Origin: Myxococcota bacterium
GTDB taxonomy: Bacteria > Myxococcota_A > UBA9160 > UBA4427
NCBI GenBank assembly: GCA_965250285.1
Contig: OZ252299.1
Coordinates: forward strand, 864,001-928,000
Reading direction: 5' to 3'
DNA length: 64,000 nt
Of the stretch, positions 58,414-64,000 are shown piece after piece (the stretch's first letter is position 1; every line of letters begins with the position of its first letter). Position numbers and translations under genes: made by a program. The notes below the pieces were generated by a model. That model did no database searches and was not told the DNA's origin. It was given only the letters and a program-made list of their open reading frames with translations.

Positions 58414-59946
58414 TCAGGTCTCGTCTTCGAGCGGCAGCTTCTCGAGCAGCTGGTCTTCGAGGCGGCGCAGCCAGCTCGTGTCGGGGGCGCGGTCGACCTC
58501 GCCATCCTGGCCGATCCACCGCAGGCCGCCCGAGGCCGCGCGCTCGAGCCGGTACGCATTGCCCGGCCGCAGGTCGATGGCCTGCGCCGCTCGCAGCGCC
58601 GCGTTCAACCCGGTGCTCTCGACCACGACGCCGATCTCGGTGTTCCACCGCAGCGAGCGGGGATCGAGATTCGTGCTGCCAATGAACACACGCGCATCGT
58701 CGATCGCGATCGTCTTCGCGTGTAGGCCGAGCTTGGTGTCGGCGGCACTCTCCGAGATCAGCTCGGCGCGGTCGGCCGCATACACGTTCGCCTCGAAGAG
58801 CTCGACGCCGTCGCCGAGCAGCGTATCGATGTACCGGTCGTACGACGCATGAGCGAGCACGTGGTTGTTCGAGGCGAGCGAGTTCGTGACGGCGCGCACT
58901 CGCGCGCCGCGCTCGACCGCCGACGCGATCGCCGCGAGGGTGGAGGGCGGCGGGATCAGATACGCGCTCTCGATCAGCACGTCGTGCTGCGCGTCGGCGA
59001 GCAGGCGCTCGATCTCGCGCGCCATCACCCGATCTTGCTCGCTGAGCGGCGTGTCGTCGGTGAAGGGCGCATCGAACACGACGCGGCCCTGTCCGCCGTG
59101 GGCGTGCTCGGCCAGGTGCGCCCAGTCGGCATCGGTCGCAGCAGCGGTCGAGGCATCGACGCCCTCGATCAGCGCGTTCAGGGACGCAGCCGCCTCGCCC
59201 TCGCTCGGCCGGCGGCGCAGCTCACGGATCGGCACCGCGAGCGGGCTGTTCCAGAACGCGTCGAAGGCCGAGCCTGCTTGCGCGGCCGATGCGCCGTGGG
59301 CGAGCACGTCGATGTCCCTGAAGTTCATGTCGGCGCTCTCGCCGAAGTACTCGTCCGCGAGGTTGCGTCCGCCGAGAATCGTGAGGCGGTCGTCGACGAC
59401 ATGGATCTTGTCGTGCATGCGGTGATTGACGCGCTTGATCTCGGGCGCGTTGCCGAGCTGTCGCAACACGAAGTGCTCGGGTCGCAGGCGATACGGGTTG
59501 AAGAGGCGCACCTCGATGTGCGGGTGCGCGTCGAGGCCGTACAGCTGGCCCCGCCGGCCCGTCGTGTCGACGTCGTCGAGGAGAAATCGCACGCGCACGC
59601 CGCGGTTCGCAGCCGCGATCAGGCGCTCGAAAACGAGGGCGCCGACGTGATCGGGGGTCCAGATGAACGTGGCGACGTCGACGGATGTGGTCGCCGCATC
59701 GATGCTGCGGAGCCGCCACGCAAGCGCCGGCTCGGGCTGATCGAGCAGCACGAACCACTCTCCCGTCCGCACGGCGTCGACGGTCTCCCAGGCCGGGCGG
59801 GCGAGGGGCGGGGGCGCTGACGTGCGTCTCGAGTCGTCGGGCATCGATCGGTGGCAGGCCGCAGCGGCGAAGCTGCTCGCGGCGAGCAGCGTGAGAGCGA
59901 GAATGTGAACGAGGCGAGCCGGCGGGCCGATCGAGCGAGCGCGCAT
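58414..59946 (-). CDS. Phospholipase D family protein (ClsC/YmdC-like)
   Basis: Two HKD motifs, RMHDKIHVVD and LHAKTIAID; GGRNLADEYF; IGSTNLDPRSLRWNTE. Confidence 0.93.
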   Translation of the reverse strand: MRARSIGPPARLVHILALTLLAASSFAAAACHRSMPDDSRRTSAPPPLARPAWETVDAVRTGEWFVLLDQPEPALAWRLRSIDAATTSVDVATFIWTPDHVGALVFERLIAAANRGVRVRFLLDDVDTTGRRGQLYGLDAHPHIEVRLFNPYRLRPEHFVLRQLGNAPEIKRVNHRMHDKIHVVDDRLTILGGRNLADEYFGESADMNFRDIDVLAHGASAAQAGSAFDAFWNSPLAVPIRELRRRPSEGEAAASLNALIEGVDASTAAATDADWAHLAEHAHGGQGRVVFDAPFTDDTPLSEQDRVMAREIERLLADAQHDVLIESAYLIPPPSTLAAIASAVERGARVRAVTNSLASNNHVLAHASYDRYIDTLLGDGVELFEANVYAADRAELISESAADTKLGLHAKTIAIDDARVFIGSTNLDPRSLRWNTEIGVVVESTGLNAALRAAQAIDLRPGNAYRLERAASGGLRWIGQDGEVDRAPDTSWLRRLEDQLLEKLPLEDET

Positions 59947-60012
59947 CGAGCACAGTGTCGGCGATCGCGCTCGAGCGCGCACCTCGCGCCCCCCTCGCGC
60001 GGCCGCGGCGGT

Positions 60013-60612
60013 TCAGCCGCCGCGTTCGGGCTGCTCCGGGCCGAACTCGCCGAGATAGTGCGACGAGAGCGTCCGCTCTTCAGCGAGCCGCCCGTTCCAC
60101 TCGTAGAGCCGGCGATACTTCGTCGAGCGAATCCACCAGCGCCCGCCTTGCTTCTCGTACTCGTCGAAGTAGATGCCCGAGCCCGTCGTGTGCACCTGCA
60201 GATCGAGCAGATACATGTCGTCGCAGAAGTACCAGATGCCGGTCGCTTCGCGCTCGCTCAGCATCTGGATCTCGGGCGTGTGGGCGTTGTGGTGGCCCAC
60301 CGCTGAGCGCGTGAACGACTCGCCGATCGACTTCAACAGTGCATCGCGCCGGTCGAACTTCCACTCGTAGAAGCCGCCGATGTAGTGCACGGTCGCGTCT
60401 TCGAGGAAGAGCTCGGCCAGCTCGTCGACGTTGCACGTATCGATGCATCGAAAGTACGCGTGCTTCAGCTGTTTGATCGCCTCGATGTCCATCAGGCGCT
60501 GCACGTCGCGGCGCAGCTCATCGAGCCCGCCTTCGCTGACGTTCAGCGGGATGCCAGGCTGGATCCCCATGCCCTCCTTGGTCAGGGTCGGGCGCTTCGG
60601 CGCTGCACTCAT
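60013..60612 (-). CDS. SnoaL/NTF2-like family protein (BaiE-like)
   Basis: DIEAIKQLKHAYFRCID, HHNAHTPEI, ATGIW, YFDEYEK..GRWWI. Confidence 0.9.
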   Translation of the reverse strand: MSAAPKRPTLTKEGMGIQPGIPLNVSEGGLDELRRDVQRLMDIEAIKQLKHAYFRCIDTCNVDELAELFLEDATVHYIGGFYEWKFDRRDALLKSIGESFTRSAVGHHNAHTPEIQMLSEREATGIWYFCDDMYLLDLQVHTTGSGIYFDEYEKQGGRWWIRSTKYRRLYEWNGRLAEERTLSSHYLGEFGPEQPERGG

Positions 60613-60651
60613 CGTCGGTTCTCCTTCGTTCGATCAGGGCGGGGCGAACGG

Positions 60652-61467
60652 TTAACGCGGGGCCGGCCGGGGCTGACCGCTCAGGTCGTAGCTCGCCTTC
60701 GTGAGGATGCGGACGGCGACGCGCCTCGGCAGCAGCCGCTGCAGCACGAACGCGGCCCACTTGTTGCGGCCGGCCACGCGCATCGACGTGTGGCCCAGCG
60801 CGTCGAGGGCCTCGCGGACGACGTCGTCGGGCTCCATCACGGCGGTGGGCGAGGTGCCCCGCTGGCTGCGCTCGAACTCGGGGGTTCGCGTGGCGCCGGC
60901 CACCATCGACAGCACGTCGATGCCCCGATGCTCGAGGTCGCTGGCCAGGCCCTCGCCGAGCACGGTGTCGAACGCCTTCGTCGCGGCGTAGAGCGCATTG
61001 AGACCGCTGCCGACGAAGCCGGCCGCCGACGACATCAGCACGATCCCCCCGCGGCCGCGCTCGGCCATGGCGCGACCGAAGTGGTGGGCGAGCAAGACGG
61101 GGCCGCGGCAGTTCACGTCGAGCATGCGCAGATGGCTCGCGAGGTCGGCCTCGAGGTAGTCGCGTTGGGTCGAGATGCCGGCGTTGTACACGAGCAGGCC
61201 GATCTCGAGATCGCCCACGGCGGGTTCGAGCGCGTCGATCACATCGGGACGCGCGAGGTCGAGCGCCAGCGGGCGCGCTTCGACACCCCGGGATCGCACC
61301 GCTTCGGCGGTCGCCTCGAGCGGCTCGCTGCGCCGTGCGATCAGGGCGACGTTCAAGCCGCGGTCGGCGAGCTGCAGACTGTAGGCTCGGCCAAGGCCCT
61401 CCGAGGCGCCCGCGACGAGCGCCCACGGCCCGTAGCGACTGGCGAAGTGACCGCTCGACGTGCTCAC
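60652..61467 (-). CDS. Short-chain dehydrogenase/reductase
   Basis: YGPWALVAGASEGLG, VYNAG, YAATK; GTG overlaps the TetR stop. Confidence 0.93.
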   Translation of the reverse strand: MSTSSGHFASRYGPWALVAGASEGLGRAYSLQLADRGLNVALIARRSEPLEATAEAVRSRGVEARPLALDLARPDVIDALEPAVGDLEIGLLVYNAGISTQRDYLEADLASHLRMLDVNCRGPVLLAHHFGRAMAERGRGGIVLMSSAAGFVGSGLNALYAATKAFDTVLGEGLASDLEHRGIDVLSMVAGATRTPEFERSQRGTSPTAVMEPDDVVREALDALGHTSMRVAGRNKWAAFVLQRLLPRRVAVRILTKASYDLSGQPRPAPR

Positions 61468-62159
61468 GGGGCGTCCTCCGCCGCACACCCGCCGTGCGCC
61501 GCGCGGCGTCGGTCCAACCCGAACAGCACGTGCTCGACCACGTCGTCGAAGAGGGCGTCGGCGTCGTGGTCGAGGAAGTGGGGCAGCAGCGGTGCAAGTT
61601 CGCGCCGCGCGTCCTCGCTCAGCTCGTCGATGCGCGCGTAGGGGCTGTCGGCCGGGGCCGCGGCGGGCCGCGTCGCGGCCCCGGGGCTGCTCAGTTCGGC
61701 CGATACGAAGGCCAGGCTGACCCAGGCGATCTCGCGGCACGCCCGCACGGCGTCGCGGCCCTCGAAGCCGGCGGCGCGCAGGATCTGGATCAGCGTGTGC
61801 AGGGCGCGCAAGTAGGCGGGCGCCAGCTGGCCGTGCTGCATCAGGGCCGGCAGGGCAGCCGGGTGGCGCGAGAGCTGCAGCCGCATCGCTCGCATCCATG
61901 CGCCGGCGCGGTGGGTCCAGCTGCCGCGCTGCGGCAGCTCCACCTCGAGCCGGTCGAGGGCGAGCCCGGCGATCCCCATCAGCAGATCGTCCTTGTTGCG
62001 GACGTGGCGGTAGAGCGACATCGGCGCAGTGTGCATCGCGTCGGCGAGCGCCCGCATCGTGAGCCGGTCAACGCCGCGCGCTTCGATCAGCCGCATGCCT
62101 TCGGCGAGGATGCGCTCGCGAGAGAGGGTGGGGCGCGGTTTCGAGGCGGGGGTGGCCAC
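61464..62159 (-). CDS. TetR/AcrR family regulator
   Basis: LSRERILAEG..LI...GVDRLTMRALA..MSLYRHVRNKDDLL. Confidence 0.92.
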   Translation of the reverse strand: MATPASKPRPTLSRERILAEGMRLIEARGVDRLTMRALADAMHTAPMSLYRHVRNKDDLLMGIAGLALDRLEVELPQRGSWTHRAGAWMRAMRLQLSRHPAALPALMQHGQLAPAYLRALHTLIQILRAAGFEGRDAVRACREIAWVSLAFVSAELSSPGAATRPAAAPADSPYARIDELSEDARRELAPLLPHFLDHDADALFDDVVEHVLFGLDRRRAAHGGCAAEDAP

Positions 62160-62204
62160 GCGGACATCCTCGGGCAGTCGACGGGGGCGGCCGGGAGCAG
62201 CGTA

Positions 62205-62219
62205 GCGTACGGTGTACGC
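62205..62219. promoter_or_regulatory. Putative TetR operator palindrome
   Basis: GCGTAC-GGT-GTACGC in the divergent tetR/CMD intergenic region. Confidence 0.65.
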
Positions 62220-62267
62220 ACCGGGGCCACGGGCCCATCGCCCCGAGACGACGGAGACCGCGACCGC

Positions 62268-62834
62268 ATGACGACCCGACTTCCTCCCTCGAACGAAGAC
62301 GACTGGTCCGAAGAGGTCGCCGCCATCTTGCAGCAGGCCACGCCCGCCGCCGAGAGTCCGGATGGCGAGGGACCGCCGAACATCCTCTTTGCGATCGGGC
62401 ATCACCCGCGGCTGCTGACGCCCTTCCTCGCGTTCTCGGCCACGCTGGCGACGCGCGGGGTGTTGCCGCGGCGCGAGAGCGAGGTGCTCGCGCTGCGCGC
62501 TTCGTGGAACTGCCGGTCGGAATTCGAGTGGGGACACCACGTCGAGTATGGCGTCGCCGAGGGACTCACGGCGGCCGAGATCGACGCGTTGGCCGACGGC
62601 CCTTCGGCATCGAGCTTCAGCGCGCGCGAGCGTCTGTTGGTGCGCACGGCCGACGCACTCCATGCCCATCAGAACGTGTCGGCCGAGCTCTGGAGTGAGT
62701 TGCGCGCGCAGTTCTCTGAGGCCGAGATCGTCGAGCTCTGCTTCGTCGTCGGTCAGTACACGATGCTGTCGATGGTGGCGAACGCGACGGGCGTACCGCT
62801 CGAGAAGCGTCTGCCGGCCATGCCCGAGCGCTGA
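62268..62834 (+). CDS. Carboxymuconolactone decarboxylase / AhpD family protein
   Basis: NILFAIGHHP, LPRRESEVLALR, CRSEFEWGHH, EIVELCFVVGQY. Confidence 0.9.
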   Translation: MTTRLPPSNEDDWSEEVAAILQQATPAAESPDGEGPPNILFAIGHHPRLLTPFLAFSATLATRGVLPRRESEVLALRASWNCRSEFEWGHHVEYGVAEGLTAAEIDALADGPSASSFSARERLLVRTADALHAHQNVSAELWSELRAQFSEAEIVELCFVVGQYTMLSMVANATGVPLEKRLPAMPER

Positions 62835-62867
62835 TCTCGAAGGATGCGGGCCGTTCGCTTCGCACTT

Positions 62868-62960
62868 CTGCTCGCCGCGCGAAGCGACGGCTCGACGCGC
62901 GAAGCTACTGCTCGCCGCGCGAAGCGACGGCTCGACGCGCGAAGCTACTGCTCGCCGCGC
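62868..62960. repeat. 40-bp tandem duplication (2.3 copies) including the terB stop codon
   Basis: ctgctcgccgcgcgaagcgacggctcgacgcgcgaagcta at 62868 and 62908, partial copy at 62948. Confidence 0.9.
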
Positions 62961-63475
62961 AGCTTTCGCATCTCGGCGAGCTTGTCGCGGTAGCGCGTGC
63001 GGACGGCGAGCACCTCGAGGTGTTCGAGGCCGAGCTCTTCGGCGATCTGGAAGACCTCGTTGCCCTCTTCGACGCTGACCTCGTCGTCGGCCGCCGCCAC
63101 GGCGAAGAGTCCGTCGATCAGCTGAATGCGCTGGGCGTGGTCGCTCAGCTCCTTGAACTTGCGGCTCACGATGTTGTGGGTGCTGCCCTGAATCTCTTCG
63201 GCCTCGCGGATCGCGAGCTCGGCGACCATGCGCGCGTCCCGCTCCTCGAGGCCGGCGTGCTCGGCGAGCTGTCGCGCGATCGCGTCGCGCTCGCGGTCGG
63301 CGACCTCGAGATCGGCGTCGGCGACCCGCGCCAGCAGGTAGGCGAAGCACGCGAAGAAGCTCGCTTGATCGGGTGCGAGGTGGGCCAGCTCACCTTCGAG
63401 AGCGGCCAACCCCAGGCTCGGGTTCTTGCCCTCGCCGGGTTCTTCGAGGCCGAGAAAACGGAGAATTCTGGACAA
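62945..63475 (-). CDS. TerB family (tellurite-resistance-like) protein
   Basis: LLARVADADLEV..E, LFAVAAADDEVS.EE...IAEELGL. Confidence 0.85.
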   Translation of the reverse strand: MSRILRFLGLEEPGEGKNPSLGLAALEGELAHLAPDQASFFACFAYLLARVADADLEVADRERDAIARQLAEHAGLEERDARMVAELAIREAEEIQGSTHNIVSRKFKELSDHAQRIQLIDGLFAVAAADDEVSVEEGNEVFQIAEELGLEHLEVLAVRTRYRDKLAEMRKLRGEQ

Positions 63476-63680
63476 AAGAGTGGGCTCCAGGCGTGCATCG
63501 AATCCCGAGATGGCGCTCAGGCGATCTCGGGACGGGCGCGGAGTCTCGCGGATCGGACTCCGACTGGCCAGACCGGGGGACGATGTCGCACCCTCTGAGT
63601 GGAACGGTCGTTGCGGCGAAACGCGCGCAGCTCGCCTGCATCGAACTCCGACTCACTGCTGCGAACGGACCTGCGAGGCC

Positions 63681-64000
63681 ATGCCCAGCCTGCCCCGAGA
63701 CGCCGAGACGACGCTCCTGATTCACAACCCACGCTGCTCGAAGAGCCGGCAGACCCTCGCTCTGCTCGAGGAGCAGGGCGTCGACTTCGAGATTCGCCCG
63801 TATCTGGACGATCCGCTCGACCGGGCCGAGCTCGACGAGCTGCGCGGGCGTCTGGGGCGACCCGTCGCCGACTGGGTGAGGTCGGGCGAATCCTGTTACG
63901 GCGAGGCCGGGCTGTCCGTCAACAGCAGCGATGAAGAACTGCTGGCCGCCCTCGCGACCCATCCGAAGCTGCTCCAGCGGCCCATCGTCGTGCGCGGTGA
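63681..64000 (+). CDS. arsC: Arsenate reductase (ArsC, glutaredoxin-dependent) family; runs off the window edge
   Basis: Manual translation: IHNPRCSKSRQTLALL...HPKLLQRPIVVRG. Confidence 0.88.
   Translation, partial: MPSLPRDAETTLLIHNPRCSKSRQTLALLEEQGVDFEIRPYLDDPLDRAELDELRGRLGRPVADWVRSGESCYGEAGLSVNSSDEELLAALATHPKLLQRPIVVRG

Overview
High-GC bacterial window; gene content suggests a deltaproteobacterial/Myxococcota-like organism (inference). Bases ~1-52,700 are an accessory, surface-oriented region downstream of a minus-strand tRNA-Ser(CGA). It holds a TPS/filamentous-haemagglutinin-like exoprotein, six intact PEP-CTERM proteins plus one PEP-CTERM pseudogene, three proteins with IPTL-CTERM-like anchors, a glycosyltransferase/methyltransferase cluster, winged-helix/TPR and LuxR regulators, several enzymes (GH29 fucosidase, PI-PLC, RetSat-like oxidoreductase, CobW, divergent GAPDH, carnosine-N-methyltransferase-like) and many gene remnants. 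Next to the tRNA are an IS3 fragment, a serine-recombinase tail and a vapBC module bracketed by a ~145-bp diverged direct repeat that contains the tRNA 3' end. Bases ~52,700-64,000 look like core genome (tRNA-Ser, infA, fmt-like, fusA, PLD, SDR/TetR/CMD, TerB, ArsC). The best candidate for an undescribed system is the ORF at 39281-40378. It reads signal peptide, cohesin-like domain, internal IPTL-type sorting signal, a second signal peptide, then a TSP3/dockerin-like domain, consistent with a secreted polyprotein cut into two parts. No CRISPR array was found. All calls come from reading motifs by eye; no database searches were run.
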